Shown: positions 1-9,364 of the stretch, in pieces
Layout: every line of letters starts with the position of its first letter
Position numbering within the stretch: the first letter of the stretch is position 1
DNA from: Candidatus Heimdallarchaeum aukensis
GTDB taxonomy: Archaea > Asgardarchaeota > Heimdallarchaeia > Heimdallarchaeales > Heimdallarchaeaceae
Reading direction: 5' to 3'
NCBI GenBank assembly: GCA_021513695.1
Contig: CP084166.1
Location: forward strand, 96,001 to 160,000
Length of the DNA stretch: 64,000 nucleotides
Position numbers and translations under genes: made by a program
Notes under the pieces: model-generated
Told to the model about the DNA's origin: nothing
Seen by the model: the letters and a program-made list of their open reading frames with translations, nothing else
Database searches by the model: none

Positions 1-976
1 TGACATTGTATTCTGTAGCTAAACCTGTGTAAATTGGGTAGTTACCAGAATTTGTGTCTCCATAAATTCTTATGTTAGAAGATGACCAACCTAATGTTCC
101 AGTAAGGAAGTTATACCAATCTGTTGCATCTTCGTCACAGTAGGAGAGGTCACTAATTACTTCATAATCACTAATTCCAACGATAACAGCATAGTAATTG
201 GTTACACCATCACCAGTACTTCCTCCACTACTATATTCCACTGTAACGGTTAGATCGTAAGCACCTGAACCACTGTATGAATGGACCATTATGTACCATC
301 TTCCTTCTCCTGGATCATCATAGGTTACATCTTCTCCTCCGTAAGTATATCCTCTCCAATCGTAAGTACTAGTAGTTGGTTCGGCGCCCAGTCTTCCATA
401 TAGATCATAATCGGATGAACCACAAGTTAAAACTGAACGCATGCTAATTGCATTAGCCGCAACATCAATGTACCACATTTCACTGTCTCCAGTGGCACTT
501 AAGCTGCTTGTAACAGTTTGTCCATTACTTAGAGCTCCGCCAGTACTTCCTCCGCTACCACCTTCATATTCAATAAGGTCAATCTTGAAACCCCATTTTG
601 TAACAGAGTAATCTGTAACTAGCCTGATTTTAATTGTGTCACCATTAGAAGCTGCAGTCCATCCTCCACTTGAATAGGTTCCTGTTAATCTGTGTAAAGT
701 ATTTCCAGCATAGTCATAGACGTACAAATAATCATAATTTGTCTCTACTTCTATGTACGTAAAATGAACTTTTATACTGGTTGCACCAGGTTTAGTAATA
801 GTCCAAGTGTAATCGAAGTTATTGCTGTAGGGATGACTACTCTCAAGAATATAAGTTTCTTGAGTTGCCCTTGCATTGTTATCCATTAATTGATTTTCTG
901 CATTTGTCACTGTAGGTAAAACCATTACCAATAGTGACACAATTATTGCTCCAATAACTAATTTTTTATTTATCAT
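1..976 (-). CDS. Secreted multi-domain protein, 3' end (C-terminus) cut by the window edge. It has a signal peptide, a CUB-like beta-sandwich, a PPC (pre-peptidase C-terminal)-like domain, and the start of a caspase-like (clan CD) peptidase domain.
   Basis: The ATG is at 976 (reverse complement of cat at 974-976). The N-terminus MINKKLVIGAIIVSLLVMVLPTVTNA is a signal peptide. HPYSNNFDYTWTITKPGATSIKVHFTYIEVETNYDYLYVYD resembles a CUB fold. GDSEMWYIDV...DYDLYGRLGAEPT...GAYDLTVTV resembles PPC. YYAVIVGISDYEVISDLSYCDEDATDWYNFL resembles the N-terminus of a C14/caspase-like domain. The ORF runs off the window start. Confidence 0.5.
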   Translation of the reverse strand, partial: MINKKLVIGAIIVSLLVMVLPTVTNAENQLMDNNARATQETYILESSHPYSNNFDYTWTITKPGATSIKVHFTYIEVETNYDYLYVYDYAGNTLHRLTGTYSSGGWTAASNGDTIKIRLVTDYSVTKWGFKIDLIEYEGGSGGSTGGALSNGQTVTSSLSATGDSEMWYIDVAANAISMRSVLTCGSSDYDLYGRLGAEPTTSTYDWRGYTYGGEDVTYDDPGEGRWYIMVHSYSGSGAYDLTVTVEYSSGGSTGDGVTNYYAVIVGISDYEVISDLSYCDEDATDWYNFLTGTLGWSSSNIRIYGDTNSGNYPIYTGLATEYNV

Positions 977-1178
977 TTTAATCCATTTTCTCGCTTTCTA
1001 ACTGTTGAGTTTTCACTCAGCAGTCAATGCATTTTTTTTCACATATTTAAACTTATTTTGGAATTAATTGCATTAATCTTTTTTCACATTAAATTTGCGT
1101 TTTATGGCTTGAAATGATGATTCAAGTATCGTTTTCTTTTGCATTACATAAAGGAAGTAACGAAAAATGTTTTTTAAG

Positions 1179-1193
1179 AAAAAAATATAAACA
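1179..1193 (+). promoter_or_regulatory. Putative archaeal TATA box / BRE (gaaaaaaatataaac) centred about 27 nt upstream of the ATG at 1219, implying a leaderless transcript.
   Basis: An A-rich BRE-like run is followed by ATATAAA. The spacing to the ATG matches the canonical -26/-27 TATA position. The same 13-mer recurs upstream of the gene at 4164. Confidence 0.35.
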
Positions 1194-1218
1194 AGCTACA
1201 TTTGAGTGAAATAGAAAA

Positions 1219-2013
1219 ATGAAAATTAAAGATAAAGTTGTTTTGATAACAGGAGGAACAAAAGGAATAGGTAAAGTAACCGCTGACTTACTTTCTTCTA
1301 AAGGGATGAAGGTTTATGTAACAACTAGAAAAGAGGAAAATGTTAAAGATAATATCCTTTTATTAGATGTTACAAATGAGGAGTTAGTAAATCAATGTGT
1401 TAATGAGGTTATTAAAAGAGAAGGAAGAATTGATGTTCTAGTTAATAATGCTGCATATGGTTTATGTGGCCCTATTGTTGATTCTACAACAGAAGAAATT
1501 AAGGAATTATTTGATACTAATTTCTTTGGTCCTCATCGTATGATAGAAGCAGTTTATCCTATAATGAAAAAACAAGGATATGGTAAAATAATTAATGTTA
1601 GCTCCTATGCTGGGCGATTAGCAGTACCTTTTCAAGGTGTTTATAGTGCAGCTAAAGCTGCTTTATCCATCTATTCAGATTCTTTACGTATGGAAATTGT
1701 AAGCGATGGAATAGATGTTTGTACAATAGAACCAGGGGATACAAAAACTGACTTTCATTCAAGTAGAACATACACAAAAGGTTTTGAAAATAATGAGAAT
1801 GCAAAACGCGCAATAGAGAAAATGCACAGAGATGAACAATCTGGGTCGAATCCTAAAGCTGTTGCAAAGAAAATACTAAAGGCAATTAAATCTCGGAGAT
1901 CTAATCCTAGATATATTGTAGGGTTACAAGTAATATTAGTAACAGTAGTTAGGCATATTTTTCCTAGAAAATTCCAACAATTTCTACTTCGGAAATATTA
2001 TGGTTTGAAGTAA
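1219..2013 (+). CDS. Short-chain dehydrogenase/reductase (SDR family oxidoreductase)
   Basis: The glycine-rich NAD(P) motif is VVLITGGTKGIGK (TGxxxGxG). NNAA is present. The catalytic YxxxK is YSAAK. Length is 264 aa. Confidence 0.8.
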   Translation: MKIKDKVVLITGGTKGIGKVTADLLSSKGMKVYVTTRKEENVKDNILLLDVTNEELVNQCVNEVIKREGRIDVLVNNAAYGLCGPIVDSTTEEIKELFDTNFFGPHRMIEAVYPIMKKQGYGKIINVSSYAGRLAVPFQGVYSAAKAALSIYSDSLRMEIVSDGIDVCTIEPGDTKTDFHSSRTYTKGFENNENAKRAIEKMHRDEQSGSNPKAVAKKILKAIKSRRSNPRYIVGLQVILVTVVRHIFPRKFQQFLLRKYYGLK

Positions 2014-2028
2014 AAAAAAGAAAAGTAG

Positions 2029-3993
2029 TTAATTTCTTATTTTTATTTCTCTCTTAAACATTAAAGGTAATATTTGAGAAGTTTTCTCTTTTTCTTCTTC
2101 TGCTTTCTTAATTTGATGTTCATAGAGCATTTCTTCATCGTATTTTTTGTAATGCATATTAATGTTAGATTCAGTTATAGAGAAATGATTTTTCATTTTT
2201 GTTGCAAATACTTCTTTAATTTCCTTATTTTTATCTTTCATAATTGAAAGATTTGGGTTAAAGGGAATTAATCTATCATAGTCGTAAGTGGGTAATATAG
2301 CTTTACTGTTAGCCATGAATATAGTGTTGTTTGCAACATAGGTTGTAGTATTCTTCCATAGGGGTTCTCCTGTATTAGGATTAGGCTCGAATTTTGGGTA
2401 ATTAGAACTTGAAATATCCAGTCTTATTTTATGACCTGGAGTAAAAACATATGCAGTAGAATCTAATGTAATGTTTAATATGTATCTTTTTCCTGGTTCA
2501 AGAAGATCCCATGTTGAGTATGAATCTCTATTTCTAGCTCTAATGATTGTATCAGTAATAAGCATAGAAGTGTTGTCAGGGAAAACATCCGTTAGTTTTA
2601 CTGAAAAATCTGTATCTGTACAATTTGAAGATATCTCCAACATTACTTTAATTTGTCCTATAACAGTAATAGGTTCAGTAAGAGTTTCTGAAGTAAAAGT
2701 GAGTACGTCATCTCTTTTTTCTAATTCACTTTGATCATAAGTTCCTGCTTTTAGAGCAAGATTCCCTCCTCCTTCTGTAGGAACGGGGTTTAATGGGTTG
2801 TATAAATATGAAATAGCACTGTCTATATTTACTTCCTGTGCTAGACTTAAACTCATATTACTGTTGAAAAACAATGTTTTCTCTTCTGTTTCTAAAGGCC
2901 AATGATTAGAAGAATACCAATTATTACCAAGTTTATTATTGTTATAAGGGAGAGAACTCATGAGATAAAAAATAACATTAGGTAAATTGTCCCACCTAGT
3001 GCCATTATCCTTGAGCCACTTCTCGAAAACTATATCTCCTAACTCAACTAACATTCCTGCATTCTGGTTAGGATAAATATATGGTATCCCCTTATATTCT
3101 CCAGAAGGTAAAGCTCCAAAACCGCCAACATGAGTCCATGGCCCCATAATTAATTTTGAATTACCTGCTGCTCCTTCTCCTCCTTGTGTTTGATATCCTA
3201 CAAAGGCGTCAATAGTGTTCTGTGTGAATATATCATACCAACCACCTATATGCATAGCTGGAACATGTATGTCTTTGTAATTGTTAACTATTCTAACAGG
3301 ATCCCATCTATCGTCTAGTTTTTCCATATCTACAAAACTGTTTATTTCTTCAATTGTATAACCTTGAGCTACCATCCAAGGAACCATTAATTCTGATCTT
3401 AATACTCCACCTCTGAAAGCTGCTTCATAGACATCTGGTGTTCCTACAATTGGTACTTGACATTTTAATTCTTCTGAAGCATTAGGAGCTAGAAGATATT
3501 GGGCAATAGCTAAAGCTGACGGACCCCAAGTTCCAATTTTTCCATTACACCAAGGTTGAGCACTGATCCATTCTAAACTTCTTTTTCCATCAACACTCTC
3601 GGTAAAAAAGGGCATAGATTTTTCTCCTTCAGAAGCAAAGTAACCTCTAAAATCCTGAATTACAATTGCATAACCTTCTTCAGTATAAGTACTAAAGATT
3701 TCAAGTTCGTTCTTATTATATGGTGTTCTGATGAAAATTACTGGTAGTGAAGAATTAATGTTCTTTGGAATATATAAATCAGTAGCAAGCTTTACTCCAT
3801 CATCCATTTTTACAAAATATGTTATCTTGTAGCTATTTCCATGAATACTTGCGTTTAAGGGTATAGTCCAATTAAATTCTCTTGAAATCCTGTTATTATT
3901 TAGTAAAATAACCGTATAAATTCCAGTTAGCAATGAAAATCCTATGATACCTATTAATATGAAAGAATGGATATATTTTTTCATTTTTTTCAC
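2029..3993 (-). CDS. CocE/NonD-family (X-Pro dipeptidyl-peptidase S15-like) alpha/beta hydrolase, membrane-anchored or secreted
   Basis: The N-terminal hydrophobic segment is YIHSFILIGIIGFSLLTGIYTVILL. The family motif is QDFRGYFASEGE. The nucleophile region is TWGPSALAIAQYL. Length is 654 aa with a C-terminal beta-sandwich-type region. Confidence 0.65.
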   Translation of the reverse strand: MKKMKKYIHSFILIGIIGFSLLTGIYTVILLNNNRISREFNWTIPLNASIHGNSYKITYFVKMDDGVKLATDLYIPKNINSSLPVIFIRTPYNKNELEIFSTYTEEGYAIVIQDFRGYFASEGEKSMPFFTESVDGKRSLEWISAQPWCNGKIGTWGPSALAIAQYLLAPNASEELKCQVPIVGTPDVYEAAFRGGVLRSELMVPWMVAQGYTIEEINSFVDMEKLDDRWDPVRIVNNYKDIHVPAMHIGGWYDIFTQNTIDAFVGYQTQGGEGAAGNSKLIMGPWTHVGGFGALPSGEYKGIPYIYPNQNAGMLVELGDIVFEKWLKDNGTRWDNLPNVIFYLMSSLPYNNNKLGNNWYSSNHWPLETEEKTLFFNSNMSLSLAQEVNIDSAISYLYNPLNPVPTEGGGNLALKAGTYDQSELEKRDDVLTFTSETLTEPITVIGQIKVMLEISSNCTDTDFSVKLTDVFPDNTSMLITDTIIRARNRDSYSTWDLLEPGKRYILNITLDSTAYVFTPGHKIRLDISSSNYPKFEPNPNTGEPLWKNTTTYVANNTIFMANSKAILPTYDYDRLIPFNPNLSIMKDKNKEIKEVFATKMKNHFSITESNINMHYKKYDEEMLYEHQIKKAEEEKEKTSQILPLMFKREIKIRN

Positions 3994-4140
3994 GTGATCT
4001 TGATTATAGTAGATAATTAAATTTTAATCTTAATTAGTTTTGTTGTTTGAATTTGCAGTTTAATGAAAATCTAAGTTAATAACAGCATTTATAACTTTCC
4101 TTCTTCTTGCTAATTATCGGATTCTCAATTTTTCGTTACA

Positions 4141-4153
4141 AAAAAAATATAAA
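4141..4153 (+). promoter_or_regulatory. Putative TATA/BRE (aaaaaaatataaa) for the locus-1 ABC operon
   Basis: It is an identical 13-mer to the box upstream of the SDR gene. Its position suggests a TSS near 4176-4180 and a real start at TTG 4185 rather than TTG 4164. Confidence 0.3.
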
Positions 4154-4163
4154 TGTATGAAGT

Positions 4164-7100
4164 TTGCCAATTCTGATAAGGTTGAAATTAAGAAGTTCTT
4201 TTCTGATTATTATTGTACTTGTAGTTTTATCGTTTAATTCTTTAATTCTGGGTGAAAATGAATCAGAATATACTCTTCTATATACAGAGAATATAGATGA
4301 TGGAGGAATTATCGAAACTTTTCCTGTAATCGATATGAATCAAAACATCCATGTTTTTGTCCATTTGCGAACTTCAGTTGAGGATAAATTGATAGTTCTT
4401 TATAATGATGGTTCAAAGTTAATTCAATCCAATTTACTGGAAGACGTATCAGTAATAACATTTTATGATAGTTTCATTTATGATGATCAATTGTTTGTGA
4501 TTTTTAGCGCGGTAAATCCTTTAGGTACTATAAGTTTTTATGAATACTCTTGGTCTCCTTCTTCCAACAAGACTATTCCTATTGTTTCCATCGCTTCTAG
4601 TGTTTTACCATACATTAATTACTTCAAAGTTACAATCGATAATGGTACAACACATTTATTTTTCAACAAATTCTATGGTGATAAAAACGAATTTATGAAC
4701 ATCACTCATTATTACGGAAGATCTGGTTCATTCAAAAAAGAATATTTTTCCATTACAAATCCATATTACAGAGTAGGTTTAGATTTTGTCGTAAATAATG
4801 GTACAATATATTACTTTTATCAAAAATGGGAAGATGAATATAACAAAGGTGAATTTACAGGAGACTTTGGTTTTGGAATTTTAGATAATCAAACTTTTTA
4901 TCCTCAAGTAACTAAAATTTTCTCAAAGAAAATTGTTGGCAAAGTAGGAAAATTTGATGCAGAAAAAGGGATTAATGATAAAATATTCACATTCGCATTT
5001 TTTGAACAAAAGAAGATGTATTATGGATGGTTCAATGGTACTCATGTTTTAAATATGACTCAAAATCTATTAACACAAGATAACTATTATGATTTCTCTC
5101 TTAATACTGAAAATGATACAGAACAAATGTTCTTAATCACTAGACCAGAAGGTTTCGATTATGTTTCTGTTTTCAGAGGGACCTATAACAATCTAACACT
5201 TCTCTGGGAATTTCAACCAATAACAACTTTAGAGAAGATTTCTCCATATGGTTATTCATTCACACTCTTCGATTCTAGCTACTTACTACTTTATAATTCA
5301 ACAGTAAGTACAAAAGAAATCCCACATCCAATAGGTTTACAATATAAGAATGAAACTGCAGTTTCTTTGATATTAGTAACTAATCTCCCAATTTCTCCAA
5401 TAGAACCAATTATAGACAATGGTTTACAATTGTATAATCCTATTACTTACTTCATTAAGAATAACATTCCAATAGTAATTGCACTATCTGTGCTACTATT
5501 AATTGTTATTGCTCTTCTTACAGTATTGTGGATAAGAAAAGCAAAAACCATTAAAGCCTTCCTTTATGACACTTCAGAGGTTGGAGAACATAAAAAGTTC
5601 ATATTATTTTTCTTGAATTTAAACAGATACATATCTAACTTCTTTAGTACAGTAAAAACAATTGGTTTTTCGAATAAAAAGCGAACGTTAATTACTCTTG
5701 CAGGTTTTATAATCACAGGATATCTCCTTGCTTCTGCTATCATTATTTCTCAAAGTGAGCAATCCTCCTTAGTTAAGTCTTACTACAATGCAAATAATAT
5801 TATTTCAGATGGAAAAGCAAGTGTAAGTCTAATAACAAATATAGTTAGAATCAATGAAGGTTCAGCTACAATTGCTAAAAATTATGATGCTCTTGCTAAA
5901 TCACAAATTAGTTCAATACTTAGCGATCTCACACTTTCCAAATATATAACTTCTATAGAATCAGTTTATTATAGTTTTGTCCGTGCTCAACATCCTACTG
6001 TAGATTTTAACAAAGAAGTTAAGATATCTGCTTTTCCTGATGATTCTGAACCTTACCTTTCTTCTGTTATAACAGAAGGTCGTGCTCCACAAGCTGATAA
6101 TGAAATTTTAATCCAAGGATCACTCTTTAGAGATTTTGATTTAACTCTTAATGACAATATTACTATAGTTCTTTCTCAAAAAGCTGTTTTATCTAATGAA
6201 ATTCAGGATTATCAAGTGAATCTTACAATAGTAGGAATCTTTGAACAAGTAACAACTTCAGAACTTTATAAAACTAGTCTATTTCTTGGTGAATCAAATG
6301 ACATTTTTGGTTTGCTCGAAACTTCTCAAATAGTCTTATACAATACCAACTTCTTTGAACTTCTTTCAAACAGTAATAAAATAAACATGCAACTTAGAGG
6401 AATCTATCAGTTTAATTTAGACTTTTCAAACTTCAGGATTGAAGAACGTACATTAATATCAAAAGAATATGAAAGACTTGTAGGACTTACTTATTCATTT
6501 AGTCATGATAGTGCTTCTGCAGTAGCATTCACACAGGAGATAATAGAGTTCTTTGAGAACTTCAATAGCTACTACTTGAATAACATGACTCGTTTGTTTA
6601 TCTTTGCATTTCCAGCAATTCTACTGTCAATCTTTATGATCTTTGAATCTTCAGAACTCTTTTCTTCAAGTTATCAGCAAGAAGTTTCTGTACTTAAAAA
6701 TAGAGGTATTAGAAGAAGAAGGATGGTCTCGATTTATATTTGGATCAGACTATTTGAAGTTATATTGGCTACAATTATAAGTTACGGAATTGCCATTCTT
6801 ACTTCGATTCCTTTAATTAGAGTAAATGGTTTCCTAACTTTCAATAATAGAGATACAGAACTAAGAATAGGAAATCTTCCTGTTGAAATGCTTTTAACTG
6901 CTCTAATTCTATTTACTATTTCGATTCCAAGAATTCTTTTGATTGTAAGAAGAGAAAGAAGGATTGAAAAAACACCTAGTAAACTTTCAAAACTATTCAA
7001 AAGAATCAGCTGGAGAGAAGTAAGTTTTCTACTTATAGGTATGCTGATTTTTGGAGTATTCTACTATTTGACCTTTGTAGCATATATTGAAGCAAGTACG

Positions 7101-8462
7101 AAAAACTTTCCACTATTCCTTAACTTAACAATTATAGGGGCATTGTTTACTCTAATAGGAGCTTTACCACTTTTGATGAAACTTCTATCTATTGTTTGGA
7201 AAGGAATAGGAACAGTAATTTGGAATTCAGAAAAGAAAAACAAGTTCAGGTTCGTATTTGCTGAGATATCTAAAGATATAAGATATTTCGAAAATATTAC
7301 TCTAATATTCTTGTTACTTATTGGTATTATCATTCCTTCTATAATTGTTCCATTTTCCAAAGAGAGAACGCTTACTAATCAAGCTTATTTCATGAACGGA
7401 TCAGAGTTAATGGTTCCAAATTGGCACAAATATTCAAACGGAATAACATTAGAAAATATCAGTGCAATTGAAGGAGTAGAATCAGCTTCTTATGTAAGAC
7501 TATATACGATGTACAGTGACTATAATTTAGGATATCATGGAACAAAAATAATGGTCATAAACACAACGAGTTTTATGGAAACCGTCCGGCAACCTCCTAC
7601 AACAGTTACAAAGTTCAATTGGCAACAGTTGGGTTCTCTTACTAAAGATACTGTTATAATTAGTAGAACTTTATCTGAAAAGTATAAAAAAGAAGTAGGA
7701 GATGAGATTTTTCTTATTCATCCTGATGCAACTTTTGATCCAAGATATGACAAATTTGTTCATAAATACAATCATACTATGACAGTAATATCAACATTTG
7801 ATCTCTTCCCGATTTTCTTCCTAGAAAAAGATAAACAAGAAGAAGAGCTAATGATGATTGTAACAGCTGAATGCTTTGACACGATATTGAAAAACGTAGT
7901 TACTAGACGATTACTCACTTCTTCGGCATTGTTGATTAAACCAACTAGTAAAGATGATATAGATCAAGTTGCTCAACAAGTATTTGATATTTCAGGAGGA
8001 GCTTATGTTCAAAGTTTCAGTAGTTTGAAGGATAACCTCAAAACTCCTCTCTATAATATTTTTGTTATTGAAATGATTCTTTCATTGTTCATTGCTGTTG
8101 TAGTTTTAATATTTTCAAGCTTTACCACAGCAACAAAGATATTAGAAAAGAGAGTAATCAAGCACGATATAATGAAGAAAATGGGAATAAATGTTACGAC
8201 AATAATCAACCTATCAGCTATAGAAAGTTTTATAGCTGCAATAATACCTTCCATGCTTCTGGGTTCGTTATTTGGATTTTTAGTGATAAATCCGATGTTG
8301 GGCCTTCTAAGTTATGGAGCAGAACCTTATCCTCTTACCATGCAGTATCCATTAATTCCGTTATTACTGAGTTTCTTGGCTTTACCTGTTATACTGTATA
8401 TTAGTTTGACATTTAATTTGCGTAGAGAATTTGCCAATTATTCTCCTACACAATTGGAGTGA
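4164..8462 (+). CDS. Giant ABC transporter permease, paralog 1. It has an N-terminal signal/TM anchor, a roughly 420-aa N-x-S/T-rich extracellular domain, and two tandem MacB/FtsX-type permease modules (each 1 TM, a roughly 250-aa extracytoplasmic domain, then 3 TM).
   Basis: No in-frame ATG is available, so the start is TTG at 4164, or more likely TTG at 4185 (LKLRSSFLIIIVLVVLSF, signal-like). Many N-x-S/T sequons occur in residues 30-440. The first TM is IPIVIALSVLLLIVIALLTVLWI. FtsX-like 3-TM bundles occur twice. The gene ends TTGGAGTGA, 5 nt before the ATPase ATG. The region from 5531 onward is 100% identical to the copy at 9341. Confidence 0.8.
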   Translation: MPILIRLKLRSSFLIIIVLVVLSFNSLILGENESEYTLLYTENIDDGGIIETFPVIDMNQNIHVFVHLRTSVEDKLIVLYNDGSKLIQSNLLEDVSVITFYDSFIYDDQLFVIFSAVNPLGTISFYEYSWSPSSNKTIPIVSIASSVLPYINYFKVTIDNGTTHLFFNKFYGDKNEFMNITHYYGRSGSFKKEYFSITNPYYRVGLDFVVNNGTIYYFYQKWEDEYNKGEFTGDFGFGILDNQTFYPQVTKIFSKKIVGKVGKFDAEKGINDKIFTFAFFEQKKMYYGWFNGTHVLNMTQNLLTQDNYYDFSLNTENDTEQMFLITRPEGFDYVSVFRGTYNNLTLLWEFQPITTLEKISPYGYSFTLFDSSYLLLYNSTVSTKEIPHPIGLQYKNETAVSLILVTNLPISPIEPIIDNGLQLYNPITYFIKNNIPIVIALSVLLLIVIALLTVLWIRKAKTIKAFLYDTSEVGEHKKFILFFLNLNRYISNFFSTVKTIGFSNKKRTLITLAGFIITGYLLASAIIISQSEQSSLVKSYYNANNIISDGKASVSLITNIVRINEGSATIAKNYDALAKSQISSILSDLTLSKYITSIESVYYSFVRAQHPTVDFNKEVKISAFPDDSEPYLSSVITEGRAPQADNEILIQGSLFRDFDLTLNDNITIVLSQKAVLSNEIQDYQVNLTIVGIFEQVTTSELYKTSLFLGESNDIFGLLETSQIVLYNTNFFELLSNSNKINMQLRGIYQFNLDFSNFRIEERTLISKEYERLVGLTYSFSHDSASAVAFTQEIIEFFENFNSYYLNNMTRLFIFAFPAILLSIFMIFESSELFSSSYQQEVSVLKNRGIRRRRMVSIYIWIRLFEVILATIISYGIAILTSIPLIRVNGFLTFNNRDTELRIGNLPVEMLLTALILFTISIPRILLIVRRERRIEKTPSKLSKLFKRISWREVSFLLIGMLIFGVFYYLTFVAYIEASTKNFPLFLNLTIIGALFTLIGALPLLMKLLSIVWKGIGTVIWNSEKKNKFRFVFAEISKDIRYFENITLIFLLLIGIIIPSIIVPFSKERTLTNQAYFMNGSELMVPNWHKYSNGITLENISAIEGVESASYVRLYTMYSDYNLGYHGTKIMVINTTSFMETVRQPPTTVTKFNWQQLGSLTKDTVIISRTLSEKYKKEVGDEIFLIHPDATFDPRYDKFVHKYNHTMTVISTFDLFPIFFLEKDKQEEELMMIVTAECFDTILKNVVTRRLLTSSALLIKPTSKDDIDQVAQQVFDISGGAYVQSFSSLKDNLKTPLYNIFVIEMILSLFIAVVVLIFSSFTTATKILEKRVIKHDIMKKMGINVTTIINLSAIESFIAAIIPSMLLGSLFGFLVINPMLGLLSYGAEPYPLTMQYPLIPLLLSFLALPVILYISLTFNLRREFANYSPTQLE

Positions 8463-8467
8463 TGTAA

Positions 8468-9364
8468 ATGAGTGGAATATATGTTAAAGATTTAATAAAA
8501 GTGTATCATGACCCAGAAACAGATGTAAGGGTCTCTGCTTTACGTGGGTTAGATCTATTTGTAAAAGAAGGGGAAGTTGCTTCAATAATAGGTCCATCGG
8601 GTGCAGGAAAAAGTACACTAATCAAAATTCTATGTGGTTTAGAAACAGCTTCTGGAGGATCAGTTTATATAGGTGATACAAATATAATTGAACTTTCAGA
8701 AAAGGAGATGCAAACGTTTAGATTCAAAAATATTGGTATAATAAACCAATTTGTTGCCCAGAATTTATTACCTAATTTAACTGTAGAGCAGAACATCCTT
8801 TTACCACTAAAAATGAGATATGCTAGTAAACAAAGAGCAAGAAAAGAACTAGAGGAATTGTTATCTGCTTTAAATATAGAAAGGATACGTTATAATCCTG
8901 TAACCAAAATCTCAGGAGGAGAAGCAGTAAGAACAAGCATTGGAGTTACACTAGCTAAAAAACCTAAAATCATACTCGCGGACGAACCTACAGGACAATT
9001 GGACACTGCTAACACAAACAATATTATTGAAACTTTTAAAGAACTGAATGAAGCTTTCAACACTACTATTCTAGTTGTGACACATGACTTGAGGTTTAGA
9101 AACGCTTTCAATAAAAGCTATATTATTCGTGATGGGAGACTAGTTGGTGTAAATGTTGAAATGGACCGTTCTGAACTTGATTTTCTTATTAAACCTCAAG
9201 AGTCTTCTCTCCAATCTGTAATTGACAGCAGCCAATTCGTAAGATTACCTGATGAAGTATACCAAACTGGAGAATTCAAGCATATTGTTGAATTTGATAT
9301 TCATCCTTCAAAGAAATTTTCAATTTTATTCAATCCTAACGATAAGAAAAGCAAAAACCATTAA
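8468..9364 (+). pseudogene. Truncated ABC ATPase copy containing NBD1 only, created by the tandem duplication. The frame runs across the junction at 9340/9341 into permease codons and ends DKKSKNH*.
   Basis: The first 291 aa are identical to 12278..14065. Walker A is GPSGAGKST, the signature is ISGGEAVR, and Walker B is ILADEPTGQLD. NBD2 is absent. Confidence 0.6.

Noticed and set aside
6782-8254. Short minus-strand ORFs (72, 98 and 67 aa) and their duplicates at 10592-12064
   Set aside because: They are embedded antisense in the giant permease coding sequence. They are hydrophobic mirror translations of TM segments.
9252-9341. ATG at 9252 as a genuine N-terminus of the second permease copy
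   Set aside because: The first 30 codons are an out-of-frame read of the ATPase 3' region. Homology to the permease only begins at 9342. It is kept as a feature only to flag the duplication product.
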